From the human T2T-CHM13v2.0 reference genome, Homo sapiens: 64,000 nucleotides of DNA. The position numbers and the translations under genes were made by a program. The stretch lies in the NCBI RefSeq assembly GCF_009914755.1, contig NC_060932.1; one strand, given 5' to 3'. Shown piece by piece: positions 1 to 15,864 of this stretch; the first letter of the stretch is position 1; each line of letters starts with the position of its first letter. The notes beneath the pieces are model-generated. The model ran no database searches. It was not told the DNA's origin and worked only from the letters and a program-made list of their open reading frames with translations.

Positions 1-77
1 TTACTATTCTTTGTTAAACTTTTTGCAATTGTGTGTGCTAGAATTTCAGGGTGTGAGGAGTAGGTTGGTTATCCTAG

Positions 78-497
<420 letters not shown>

Positions 498-1385
498 TGA
501 ACATTTTTGAAAACATATATTCAAAGAGAATATATTCTTAGAATATTTCTATTACTATTAGTAAGGAAAGAATATGACCTTCACAATGAAACATGGATGA
601 ACTGTGTGTGTATGAAAAAAACTGATGACTAAAACTGATAACTAAAAGTTAAAGGCCTGCAGCTACTTAAAAGACAATCCTAGCACAAGTTACGAGTACT
701 TTTGACTTGCAGGATTCATAAAATAACTAAAGGAAGACATTGATTAGATTGGCAACAGAATCCTAGGAAATTTGGTTGAGTTCATGCTGCCTGGATATAC
801 AGGCATAGAACAGGGACAAAAGTACCTTCTGCCTAATTGTCCATGGCGATTCACAATTCAGAATTAACTTTACACAAAAAAGATATAAACCTTTATGTTG
901 CCATTGTGATCTTACCATGAACTCAAAGGTGTTTGACTAGAAAAATCCCATTCTGTTTGTGACTTGTGAACTGAATACGTTTTGGACATTTAAATGGACA
1001 TCTTGGTCATTGGGTTTCTCTCCCATGCACAGACAAATAGATTAAAAAAAAATTCAGAGAAAGAAAGACCTGTACTTATTTGTGTTTGCTCAATCTCTTA
1101 CTTTACAAATGGAGGGTGTAACTTGTCCCAGGCAAGGATATTGCTTGCCAGGAACAAATAGAGCCCCATAAAAGCAATTTGCAAAAAAGTAATGTGTTGG
1201 TCCAGGGAGGCAATCTTTATACTTGCCAAGAAAATTATGGGAAGGATTGTAAGTAACAATTAAAGCCTCTGGGCCTCATCTGTGAAATCATGTCATCTAC
1301 TTCTTCCACTAAGTTTCTGTGGGGTTCAAATTAGAAAATGTATGCAAAATTAATTTTTCAACTCTAAATAATTTCTAAATGCTGC

Positions 1386-1743
1386 TGTCTTAGCCTACGT
1401 CCCTCCAGAAATAGACCCTGAATGAAAGAATCAAATGCAAATGGTCGTTTGCAAAGAAGATCCCAGAAAGCTCTGGTAGGAGGACGGGGAAGCAAGACCA
1501 ACAGAGACTAGGTTATTAAGTTGATTACTGCTATGGACAACTGGGGGCCCACTCCCACTAGTGTACAACACACCTTGGATGAGTGCCACCTGAACAGTGA
1601 GGAAGCTGGTGTAGTCTCCTCTCGCACTTATCTCTGGGCCATGCAGCCCAGAGAAATCTCTAACGTAGGGAGAAATGGGTGCTTGTAGTAGGCAGTTCTG
1701 AGGGTTCCCAGAATGGTGAAGAGTATCCCTTGCATCTGCTACA
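1386..1743 (-). mobile_element. Old ERVL solo LTR (LTR33-like)
   Basis: Starts tgtcttagc...ccagaaatagaccctga and ends gcatctgctaca, the reverse complement of the LTR33-type start TGTAGCAGATGC. TG...CA termini. Confidence 0.7.
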
Positions 1744-1860
1744 ATTGGTTAACATCATGAAACAGAAGTTGGCTTGAAAGCAAGCTTTAATATAGCTCTA
1801 GGGTATGTCTACAGCTGGGCCTTTTATAGAATATTATTCCAGTGTAAAGAATGAATCCAG

Positions 1861-2175
<315 letters not shown>

Positions 2176-2278
2176 TTAGATGATTATTTTATGATGGGTA
2201 AATCATTGTGTTGTGCCTCTGTACGTGGATATGTGCATGCATGCCTTATCTTGTAAGAACTTATTTTGGATTATTTTA

Positions 2279-2937
2279 TTAGGTTGGTGCAAATGTAATT
2301 GCAGTTTTTGCCACTGCTTTTTTTATATATATACTGGCTATGAATATTATTTATTCTATTACTATTTATATACAGGTGAAAGAAAATAACTTTCTCAAGC
2401 ATACACATTCTTTATTTTTTTAATTTAATTTAAGTTTTAAAATTGTACTTTAAGTTCCAGGATACATGTTCAGGTTTGTTACATTTGGTATACATGTGCC
2501 ATGGTGTTCTGCTGCACCTATCAACCCGTCATCTAGGCTTTAATTCCCACATGCTTTAGGTATTTGTCCTAATGCTCTCCCTCCCCTCACCCCCGACCCC
2601 CTGAAAGACCCTTCCTTGTTGTTCCACTCCCTGTGTCCATGTGTTCTTATTGTTCACCTCCCACTTATGAGTGAGAACATGTGGTGTGTGGTTTTCTGTT
2701 CCTGTGTTAGCTCGCTGAGGATGATGGTTTCCAGCTTCATCCATGTCCCTGCAAAGGACATGAACTCATTCTTTTTTATGGCTGCATAGTATTCCATGGT
2801 ATATATGTACCACATTTTCTTTATCCAGTCTCTCATTGATGGGCATTTGGGTTGGTTCCATGTCTTTGCTATTGTAAACAGTGCTTTTGCCATTACTTTA
2901 AATGGCAAAAATCACAATTAAGTTTGCATCAACCTAA
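2279..2937. mobile_element. MADE1 (Hsmar1 mariner MITE), split by an L1 insertion
   Basis: Left half ttaggttggtgcaaatgtaattgcagtttttgcca (2279-2313). Right half ttttgccattactttaaatggcaaaaatcacaattaagtttgcatcaacctaa (2885-2937). Flanked by TA. Confidence 0.9.
2410..2885 (-). mobile_element. L1PA (L1PA7/8-like) 5'-truncated 3' fragment
   Basis: ORF2 C-terminus [16 protein letters not shown]...[14 protein letters not shown] in ORF 2654-2908, followed by the L1 3'UTR and a T-rich tail. Confidence 0.93.
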
Positions 2938-2966
2938 TATTTGAGAGATAATTAAAAGTAATGCTA

Positions 2967-3257
2967 GCCCGGTGTTGTGGCTCTTGCCCGTAATCCCAGC
3001 ATTTTGGGAGGTTGAGGTGGGAGGATCCCATAATGCCAGGAATTCAAGACCAGCCTGGGCAAGATGGCAAAACCTCATGTCTACAAAAAAATTAAAAAAA
3101 TATAGTAAGGCATCGTGGTGTCTGCTATTCAGGAGGCTGGGGCAGGAGGATTGCCTGAGCCCAGGAGTTCAAGGTGGGAATGAGCTACAATCACACCACT
3201 GCACTCTAGTCTGGGTGGCAGAGTGAGACCCTGTCTCAAAAAAAGAAAAAAAAAAAA
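2967..3257 (+). mobile_element. AluJ SINE
   Basis: Diverged Alu dimer with J-type motifs (ggaggattgcctgagcccaggagttc), A-tail and TSD aaaagtaatgcta. Confidence 0.93.
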
Positions 3258-3677
3258 GTAATGCTAAACTATTTTATTTTATTTAAGGTGATTATTCTTA
3301 AATTACAAAAATAAATAAAAATACACTGCATGCCAATGACATTCATGATTATTTTTACAGTTTGATAATATATAAAAGTGTCTTATAAATATATCATCTT
3401 AAAATGTTTTCTGCTTCTTAGTATGGTTTTATATTATAAACATGTTTAAGGTAAACATTTTTGTTAAGTGTAGCAATATATGTTATTGGTACAATGTTAC
3501 GTTGATTACTGTATTTTAAACTATATTGCATATTACTACAACAGGTTTTGAATTTATTGGAATTGTTGGGGCAATGGAGACATTTAACTTTAAAACTATC
3601 TTTTAATATGATCATTTTTATAATGTGTCAGCATGAACTCAATTAAAAATCTATGATGACACGAATTTAAGGAAACA

Positions 3678-4470
3678 TATTAGTAAGGACACAGATTTTG
3701 GTAAGAATGGCTCAAAAGAGCAGTTTAGACCAGATGACAGGGGCCTTTTCTTTTATATTCTCATCTCAATGTAAGCAGCCCAGGGCTCATATGGCAGCTG
3801 TGTGTGTCGGGGGTCAGGCTCTTATGTCTTGTTGCTCCTCCAATCTATAGGCAGTTTTCCTCACCTGTATGGTTTGAGATGGCTCACCACTTTGTTTTTG
3901 TCCAGCCAGTGAGTAGGAGGAAAGAAAAGGAGAGGGCATACTTCTTCCTTTTAAAGGAATAAACCAGAAGTTGCATGTATCAGCCGTACTCACAAACTGA
4001 TGTGCAGAACTTAGTCCCTGAGGTCACACCTAGGAACAAAGGAAGCTGGGAAATTGTGTTAGTCAGTTTGGGCTGCTATAACAAAGTACCACAGACATAG
4101 TTCTGGAGGCTGCAAGTCCAAGATCAGGGTGTCAGCAAGGATGGGTAATGGTGAGGACTGTCTTCTGGGTTGCGACTGTCAACTTCTTGTTGTATCCTTA
4201 CATGGTGGAAGAAGTGATGGAGCTCTCTGGGATCACTTTAATTAGGGAACTAATCCTATTCATGAGGGATCCACCCTTATGATCTAATTACTTCTCAAAG
4301 GCCCCATCTCCTAATACCATCACTCTGGGGGTCTGAATTTTAACGTATTAATTTTGGAGGGACACAACCAGCCCATTGCAGAAATGTAGTCTTTCTTGCT
4401 GTGTCAGGAGTTTGGCTAAAAATTAGGAGGTTTATTATGATGAGAAAATTGACAACTAGAATTTGTCAGG
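3678..4470 (-). mobile_element. MaLR LTR (MLT1J-like), interrupted by a younger MaLR LTR
   Basis: MLT1J/K/L-type motifs: gcagcccagggctcatatggcagct, ccagaagttgca, and gctgggaaat|gtagtcttt rejoined across the insert. Boundaries are approximate. Confidence 0.65.
4055..4380 (-). mobile_element. MaLR solo LTR (MSTD/MLT1A-like)
   Basis: tgtgttagtcagtttgggctgctataacaaagtacc...ctaatcctattcatgagg...cccattgca, with exact 5-bp TSD gaaat (4050-4054, 4381-4385). Confidence 0.88.
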
Positions 4471-6067
<1,597 letters not shown>

Positions 6068-6105
6068 ATGTATATGTTATGCTAGAGCCTTGCCTTGAAT
6101 AGTGG

Positions 6106-6475
6106 TATATTAATCCATTTTCATACTGCTATAAAGAGCTACCTGAGCCTGGGTAATTTGGGGGGCGGTGTGTGTGTATGTATATATATGTACACATATA
6201 TATGTTTAATTGACTCACAGTTCCACAGGCCTTTTACCATCATGGCGGAAAGCAAGGCACATCTTACATGGTGGTAGGAGAGAGAGAGAGTGAAGAGGGA
6301 ACTGCCAAACACTTTTAAACCATCAGATCTTATGAGAACTTACTCACCATCATGAGAACAGCATGGAGGAAACTGCTCCCATGATCCAGTCATCTCCCAC
6401 AAGGTTTCTCCCTTGACATGTGGGATTACAATTCAATATGAGATTCAGGTGAGGACACAGAGCCAAACCATATCA
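6106..6475 (-). mobile_element. THE1D/MSTA-like MaLR solo LTR
   Basis: tatattaatccattttcatactgctataaag...tttaattgactcacagttcc...gccaaaccatatca, with 5-bp near-TSD agtgg/agtag. Confidence 0.9.
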
Positions 6476-6746
6476 AGTAGAGACCAAATATAAGGTGGCT
6501 TAATTAAGAGAGGACTCTGTTGAACAGTCTAGGGCTGTGCCTTTGTGCTCTGCTATCCCGAAGTTAGTAGCTCTTGCCTGGATGGAGTGAGATGACTGAC
6601 CCTGACACCTGTGTTCCAGTGGATGGGCTGGGGGTTGCAGGAAGGGAAAGGTAGCCCCAGAAGATGAGCACTTCATTTCTTTGGCCACTCTTTGTCATAT
6701 GACCACTCCTAGCTGCAAGGAAAGCTATATAAAGTAGTTTTTATTC

Positions 6747-7303
6747 TGTGTTTCACTTATCTATTGCTGCATGACAAATGACTCCAAGACTTAATGTGCT
6801 CAAATAAGAATGATTTATTTGCTCATGTTTTTATGAGTCAACTGGGCATTTTTTCAGTCCCATATGGTACTGACTTGGTCAATGGTGCAGCTGCTTTTAC
6901 CTGCCAGTTGGGCTAGACTAGAAGGGACAAAAGGCCTCTTATCTGTTGGAGGTTTTGGTGCTTTTAGCTTGGTTCTCATCCACGAAGTTTCTCTCTCCAC
7001 ATGGCTTTCATCTGTCAGGGACTCTCTATGAGGCCTCTTTCTCCAGAAGAATAGCCTTCTTACAGCCTGAAAGCTGCATTCCAAGAGGGTGAAAGGAAAG
7101 CTGCCAGGCCTTTGAAGGGCGAGGCCTAGAACTGGCATAGTGTCATCTCTGCCATGTATTTTGATCAGAGCAAGTCACAAATCACAACTGCAGCCCAGAT
7201 TTTAGGGGAGGGAATTAGACTTCACTTCTTAATGGGAATAGTGACACAGACAAACATGAAGGGGAGGAATTGTAGGAGACTATCTTTGGAGACTACCTAC
7301 CAT
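6747..7303 (-). mobile_element. MaLR LTR (MLT1G/H-like)
   Basis: ttatctattgctgcatgacaaatgactccaagacttaatg...gatcagagcaagtcaca...cagcccagatt...ctacctaccata. Confidence 0.7.
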
Positions 7304-7341
7304 ATTCCAGATGGTTATGCAGTGATAAAAACCAGGGCATT

Positions 7342-7630
<289 letters not shown>

Positions 7631-8127
7631 TCAAGGCTCTATGTTTATGAAAGAAAGAGGAAGAATAGATAGTAGGAGAAATGGAGCAGCCTCTGCAGAA
7701 GGCTCTTGCATTTTATTTAAGTAATTGTTCCTAAAATATTTCTACATTTTCAGAAATCACATATTATAATAGGTTCTATATTTTAAAAAATCTTTACAAA
7801 TACAGATTTGAGAATTAATGAAAATTAGCATCCTATTGATTTCCAGCTTACCTGAAAGATATTTATGACTATGTATTTTTGTAGAAATCATTCTTGGCAG
7901 AATATATCACTGACTATTGTTTTTTAAACCTATTTCTACATTATACATAATAAAATGTCTCTTCTGATATAACCTTGCTTTCTCTTTTTCATAGAAATAT
8001 TTTTGGGTTATTTTTATATCAACAGGATTTCTTTGGTATACAAGTCTCTACTTTTAATGTTTATAGACTTATGGACTCTTGAGATTGGGATGGAATTTAC
8101 ATTTATTTCAATATCTTAATTACGACC

Positions 8128-8352
8128 ATAACAACAGTGGTAATTAGCATTTGTTAAGAATTCATGCTGGTCAATGGTTATCTCATTTAATTTTCACCAG
8201 AACTTTTGTGGATTAATTACCATTGTTACCTTCATATTATAGTGGAAGGAAGGGAGATTTCTGAGGGTTAAGCATCTTGCCCAAGATTACACGGCTAGTA
8301 TGTAGCAAAGGTAGAAATTCAACTCTGGCCAACTGACCATGCTCTTAACTTC
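8128..8352 (-). mobile_element. MIR SINE
   Basis: MIR core in reverse: tctcatttaattttcacc...gagggttaagcatcttgcccaagattacacggctagt. Confidence 0.75.
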
Positions 8353-8359
8353 ATGCTCT

Positions 8360-8825
8360 GGAGATCTTTCTCTAGTCTAACTCATTTGCTGAGAGGTTGT
8401 CCAGCTTGTGTGTTAACACCTGATGGGGAACTCTCTTCTTCATCAGGGTAATGAATTTCAGCTCTTGAATTTCATGATAGAAATAAATGACCCTGTCTCT
8501 CTGCAGTCATGCATTGGTTTTAGCCAAACTATTTGGGCTCATGAAGAAAATGTCTTGCCTGTGTTTTCCATGACAGACCTCCAAATATTTGACAATAATT
8601 ATCACTCTGGAATCTCACATTCTTTCATCCCTCACTCAAGTCATCTCCTCTCTAATTCTATCAGCAGATTCTTATATGATAGTCATTTCACTCTTAACCA
8701 TCATTCTTCTTCAAATACACAGCATTTATCAGTGATGCTTTTTTGGCAAGCCAAATTGATGGAATCCACCAGGAATGGGCCAGCTGGTAAAGATTACAAC
8801 ACATAAACACCTTCCTCCTTGTATA
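8360..8825 (-). mobile_element. L3/CR1 LINE relic
   Basis: CR1-like reverse-strand motifs (gatggggaactc, ttccatgacagacctccaaatatttg). Highly diverged. Confidence 0.45.
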
Positions 8826-8837
8826 GGCTGCCTAATA

Positions 8838-9085
8838 GGTGATAGTGTGTGATGGAAAGAGCCAAGGCTTTGGAGTCAGACAGACCTGAATTTGGCTGGT
8901 GTTTCACTATTTCTACTCCTTCCTAGCTCTGTGCCTTAGGGAATAGGCTTCATCCTTATTTTTTTTTTTCCATGAGGAAGGTAGGGATGGGAAATATCCA
9001 CCTTAGAAGGTGTATTAAAGATGTAAGGTGGGCATCTGGCTCTATGCTCGGACTCCAGGAAAATATGCTGTTTTATTATTGTAAT
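8838..9085 (+). mobile_element. MIR SINE
   Basis: gtgatggaaagagccaaggctttggagtcagacagacctgaatt...ctagctctgtgccttaggg. Confidence 0.75.
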
Positions 9086-11370
9086 TTTTAGTTGGCCATC
9101 TTGCACATTTCTCTAAGTAAAAGGCATATGCAGACAAGTCAAGAATGTGCTCAGCCATTTCAGGATACTGTTGCTAGGAGAGTTTGTTTGTTGTGAAGGT
9201 AAAGTACACTTACAGTTCTTCATGTAAGTCAAAACTGGGGTCAGATCAGCCTAATTTCTGCACAGTGTTCAGGAAGACTATCGTCTTGAATTTGGCTCAT
9301 GAGAAATCTTATTTCTAGACAAAAATTTGAAGCAAGATTTTTCTTTTTGTTGGAAGTTCAATAGACTAGCATTTTGCATTCAGCATCCTGTTGATTCTAA
9401 GACTCCCCAGCATTTAAACTTTCAGGGATATTTTATCATCCAGCAATTAAATTTTGATGAATTTGTGTTCTTTACAGTCTGTTCTCATTCATTGTTTTAA
9501 TTATGCCTGTTTGTGTTTAAATCTGTTCATGTTTAATCAAAAGGATGGCCTCGTTTCATTTCAAAAGTTATTATCAACCTCAAAATTGTCTAATAAACTG
9601 TGAAGTAAAACAAATTTGTCATTTTTCATATTTATGGAAAAGACATGATTTAGCAACAGTATTAAAGGCAGAAACTTTAAAAAAAAAACCATGTGCAGAA
9701 TATGACATTTGCTTAATGCTTTCCTTCTACTGGCAATGTTTTTCAGGAGATAACAGCACAGACCATCCAGAAGGAACTTAAAGTAATTTAAAGTGATACC
9801 TGTGACCCTCTAAGTGCCTCCTGCTATGGTATTTCTGCTTCTGCTTTGCCAGGGGGATTCATACACAGAAATCTGAATTAAATGAGAGAAATTAGGCACC
9901 CATTAAATTTGCTTTTCAGAGAGAATAACAGCACCATAAAAAGTGCTGTCACAGAAAAAAATGACATAGCCTATTCTGTATTGATATGATGATATAGATT
10001 AACTCCTTTGAGCATGTTGCATTTGTTATTTTGACAACTTTTCTAACTATGCTATAGAATTTAATTTGTAAAAAGATGTGAATTTCAGATACTCCCAACC
10101 CCCATGCTGACATTTCTGGTTCTAACAGGTGAATTTCTCAATTTCTGCCTTTGTGAGTTCTTGCCTTCAAAGTGACTTCATTATTCTTTATTTTGATTAG
10201 TCAAGCTGTCAAGATCCCAAATTAAAACAAAAATGGATTCAGAATTCTAGCATCATGCCCACCATCTCAACACTGTATTATGGACTTTTTTTTTTCTCCA
10301 ACTTTACCTGGCATTTGTATTGTCCTGGCCTTCCCAATTCTGCTGGTAAGCACTAAAACCATAGCTCCAGATGAGAAAATGCATGCCTCACTGAGGTATG
10401 CCTGTCTCCCCGTGAGAATACTACCTAGATCATGATCTGAGTTCTTGTGCAGATAACTTTTATGGCAAGTCCGTATTAAATCCCCTGGTGCAAGAACAAA
10501 AGAAGAATAGAAGAATATAGAATGGAGAAGCTTGCTCAAACTCCAGAGAGTAGGGAAAAAAAGGTATTAAAAAGTAACACAATAAAACAAGCACATTGGC
10601 ATATGAATTTGCAAACAGTAATTTTCCTACCTGTGGCTGCAGAGCTGCACTGTCCTATCACATTCATTACATGCCCATGGGACTTTTGTCCTGTGTTCAC
10701 AGTTGGCTGATAGCAGTATAAAGAAGGATGGAGGACAGACTCACTCACTTAGCGTCTAGGAGTCAGGTGGGCTCGTTCCTGCTCTTCCTTTCTGTAACCT
10801 GCAACCTTGTATGATTCTCACAGAACTGGTATTGGGTTCACCACGTATAAAATGGGAGATTGGTCCCATACTCTTTCCTTGCCATGTTGACTTGGAATGA
10901 ATAATGGCAACGGGGTGGCTACTTGACAGAGTTAGAACCTCTTCAACTCAGGTGCTTCTCATAGATGCCAGGCACTGGAATTCTGATGTTGTTATATATT
11001 CCTGACCTAATGGATGCTGGGCTATCTCCTGCTCTCCTTAACTCCTTATGCCTCTTAAATTTACTTGATCATCCCAGGGTTCCCACATTTGAATTTACTA
11101 ATCTGGTAAACATTTTTTATGCTAAAGCCCGGAAGGTCATTGAAGGTTCTTCTGCTGCTGTCTCCGATAGCCCTACACTGAACAAAGTGCATTTTAATTG
11201 CTCTTCTCTAGATAATATACCTGCCTTTGTAGTCTAATTTATCAGGAATGCTAGTTTAACTCAGAGTCGGGGTAAGTATTACTCGCTGTTATCATGGGAG
11301 ACTTTTGGGGCTGTTATGAGGAGTGGGAAAAAAAACAGTCAGCTACTGTCTAACTCCACATATAGAATTA

Positions 11371-11829
<459 letters not shown>

Positions 11830-13854
11830 CTAAATATCTACTTGTGTAAGTACCAAGCAATTGGTAAGAGTTCTCAAAAAGTTCCCTTTCCTCAGATTCT
11901 TGAAATCTCTCCTTTCCAAGAGAGGTCTAAAAAACATACAGGTTTAAGATTTCCATCTAATAGTTTTAATTTAAACATGTCTGGAGTGGGAAGGTGTCAC
12001 ACAAAGTAAATCAGATTAACTTGGAGTAACTTGTGTTGTTATACAGAACAGGGTTGATTCTCAAAAGCATCCTTGTACTAGGATGGTTTAGAATGAACTG
12101 CGGAGCATGTCTTGTCTTCAGTTATGGACCAGGGACAGGATATGTGGGCGTTATATGGCATGGCTTTGGTGGATTATATGGCATGTGTTGAGACCTTCTG
12201 GATTTCATGCAAAATACACTTCGTGTAGATACAGAGTCTTGTTGAGGAGCAGGCACAGAGATCTGCCCTATGTTTATAGCACTAAGTGACTGTTCATGGG
12301 CTGCCCAATATATTTTAGAGGTATTTGGCACAACTCATATTTTTATTAGTTTTTGGAAGAAACTGGCTTTCCCTTTGTTATCTTTCCAATGCCAAGTTTG
12401 AATTGAAAATGAACATTACATCAGCTTGTTTCTTGGTCATTGGGAAAAAATCCCGTCTGTACAGACAAATTCAACCTGAGTACCAAGGGAAGAAGAGACA
12501 TATGATGTCTGTTGAAAATTGTCGTATCAAGTTTTACACATTTTGTTTAGAATACAGTATTGTCCCTATCCAAATCTTGGACACACACACACACTTAAAT
12601 TTTAAGTTAAAATCTGCTCTACATACACAAGAATAAAGATTTTTGTAAGCATATCCTTGTACTGTTTGCAAAATTTAATTATTCTGTGATAATCAGCTAA
12701 CTAGTCATGTTTATAGTGACTGAGGAAATCTCACAAGGAAAGCACTAAAGCAGGGTCTGGAAGGTGGATTTACATGGATCCCTTATTACACCTATTCCCA
12801 TGATTGCACATTAACTAATTTTGTATTACATATTTGTTTCAGTAAAATATAAAGAAATTATTATTTAATTGGCTCAGAGATTTAAAAAGTACTGAATAAG
12901 GTTACATTCTTAGTAGTGTAAGATAACCAAGAAGACCATGTTCAGATCTGTGACATAAATTACCATTGTTTTGCTTTCCCACAACGTGAACATTTTTTAA
13001 ATGCTGGTTTGAGAACCACCATCACAACAAAGGATGTTAATGTGTTAGGTTTTTTCTTTTAATATAAAACAGACCTACTTGCATATTTTTTTCTAGTTTA
13101 GCAGTTATTATGCATCTACTGACTTGGTTAGCTACTGAAATCAAGAATCCTTTAAACCAAGAGAAAAGGAGAAAATACTAAAAACAAAACAATAAATTAA
13201 AGAGCTCTGGGGTGTGTTTGGATTATTTTCTTGTCATGATTCTTGGGTGTGGTGACACTTGTTGGCTTTTCTATGTGGTTTTATTAAGGACTTTGTGTAC
13301 ATTTCCATGTTGTTCAGCTTATGGCGTCTTGCCTTTGTTGTACCCGGAGTTCATTGTGCATGTAGGATGAACTTTCTCACAGTCATGCCTATGTAAAGTG
13401 CCAACCAAATGGCTTGGCTGCTTCTTCTATATCTGCTGTACCTACATACTCTCAATTACAGTACTAGGCAAGAGCATAGGCAATGGAAAGTTGTCTTTAT
13501 AGGATTTTCCTTGGGATGAGTTTTGTAGCAGAATAAATAGCAGATAAAATAGTGCACATCATACTTGGGCAATGTAATTACTGTTTATTTGTGAAGATAA
13601 TTAAAAAACCAAACATTTGCTCAAGGTTTGAAAAACATTTGAGAGTGAATTGAGGCAGTCAGTTACTTTCTGTCCCTGAGGTAAGATCACTGAGCTTAGG
13701 TTAAGATACCTCACAAGCTGATTTGGTCTTCTTTCCTCGGCTTCACTTATGTGGCTATAGCTTCAGGAATCTGAGATTGTCAGAATAATTAGTTGTGGGT
13801 TTGTTTGCTTCTTTGTTTTCTGAAAGTAATTTTAGACCAGATGGCTAGTCATAA

Positions 13855-14205
13855 ATTTATTCACTCATTCAAGAACTAGTCATTTAGCATCTATGTGGGT
13901 CAGTTCTGTGCTGAACAATTGATATACAATGGTGCACGATCTTCCTTGTCTTCAAAAAGGATGTAGTCTAGTGGGGAACATAGACCACTATATACACAAT
14001 TGTAATTCAGCGTGCTAAGGATTAAGTATAGGGGCCAGGTAGTGTTAAATTGGGTGCACCTGACCTATTTGGGTATATTGAGAGAGGTTGCCCAGAAGAA
14101 ATCATAGTAAAACTGAGACAAATGCTAGTAATTAACAAGCAAAAGAGGTAAAATAAAAAGAAGAAAATACGGAGTATTCAAAGCAGAGGGCTCACTTTTG
14201 CAAAA
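13855..14205 (-). mobile_element. L2 LINE 3' fragment
   Basis: attcactcattcaag...tgtgctgaacaattgatatacaatggtg...gtagtctagtgggg is a typical reversed L2 3' end. Confidence 0.7.
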
Positions 14206-14761
14206 AGTCAGAGTTAGTAGTTAAGATTCAAAGTCTGCCATGCTGTCCTGGTGAAGTTCTAATAACAAACATACACTTCCTTCCCAGTTTTCCTTATTGC
14301 ATGGCTCAGAATGAACTCTTATTTCATACTCATTCTTACTATATAGCATTGCCTTTGGTTATCACAAATAGTCACCAGGCTTTTCCCTGAAAGTAAATGG
14401 GTTTCATTAGGAGCAGATGTAATTCTAATCTGTAGAGTCTGTAAAACATTCAAGGGATTATTTGGATTAAAGAACTCTAAGTTTTAAGGGGAAAAATATT
14501 ATCATTATTTTAATAATACTTTCCCAAGTCGCAAACGAATAACTGGCTCCAACAATCACATCACTGTAATTGTTCACACATTTCAGGCAGGCATTTTACA
14601 GCCACACAAAGAAACTTCAACAGCTAAGCTCCTCTGATTTGATTGCTAGAGAGACTCAAAATTTCTGTTTTAGTGCCAAAAATCGAATCACTAGAGCAAA
14701 AGTTAGACAGGAAAGGCTGAACTTGAACAAAAGTTCAGTGGTTTTATAAAGTGTGCTATTA

Positions 14762-14948
14762 TTGAATCTCATCAAATTTAAGATGTATTAGTTGTAATGT
14801 GCACTATTTTATGTAACATTAACAATAAATAAATAACACACTGCCATTTAAACTATGACATGCTATCAGCTGTAAGACCTTCTCCTGTTTAATTTCAGAG
14901 AGATTAACATGTGAAATGATGTCTATCTTAGAATCTGTGAATCATGGC
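14762..14948. mobile_element. MER104-like Tc2/mariner DNA transposon relic
   Basis: tcatcaaatttaagatg...ctgccatttaaactatgacatgc...ttcagagagattaacatgtg...tcttagaatctgtgaatcatgg resembles the MER104 consensus, with degenerate inverted ends. Confidence 0.65.
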
Positions 14949-15864
14949 TAACAACAATAAATATTTCTATGAAGTCTAATGGGTATTTCTTCTATATGAT
15001 AAAAAAATCAAAATGAAAAATAGAAAATCAAGTCAGACATTTGAAGGCTTTGTGTTTGAGATTGGAAGTGTTGGAAGGAACATGATAGAAAATAGAAAAT
15101 TAGACCTTAAAATAGGCATTCCAGTCTCTTGAGCACATTAAAAATCCCTATTACTTAAGGGAGATTTGCTATGCACTGAATCTGAAAAACAGAAGGGGTA
15201 GGAAAACATAAAGATATTGTCAGCTTCCTCTTACCTCCATCAAACAGAATCATAGTGTCATTAAATTAAATTCTTTTGATCTTCAGCACTTTTTGAAAGA
15301 TTTTTGTGCTCTATGGTTGTAAATGTATACACATAAAACTAATAGTTATGGTAGAGTGACTATAGGAAAAGAAATAATTAGTGAGAAACTTTGGGAAAAT
15401 GGTGGAAGAATAACCAAAAGATAGAAAATGTGAATAACTTTTACTTATCTGTTACTGGCTATTGAGCAATAGATGAAGATGAGCTGAGTAATTGTTCAAG
15501 CCTAATATACACCCCCTGCCTTTTAAAGTTTTGCTAGATCTCCTTTCAGTATTACTGAAGGAATCAAGTGGCAACTGACTCTAAGAAGATAAGGTTGTAG
15601 TCCCAAACAAAATAAAGCAAGGCTACAATTTATTCCTAAACCACTTTTCCTTACCTTCCACTGTTACCTTTTACATTTCCTTAATAATTTGATACTACTT
15701 TTCCAGGATCCAGCCACATGCCCTTCTGCCACTGTGACAAAAAGCTAAATTTTCTCTTTGCTATAACAACTTAAGTGTTACAAACCAGGTTTTCTCATGA
15801 GACAAAAGGTAAATATTTCTAATATGGAAAGAGTTTCTACTGTTCATAAGAAAAAGAACATAGT

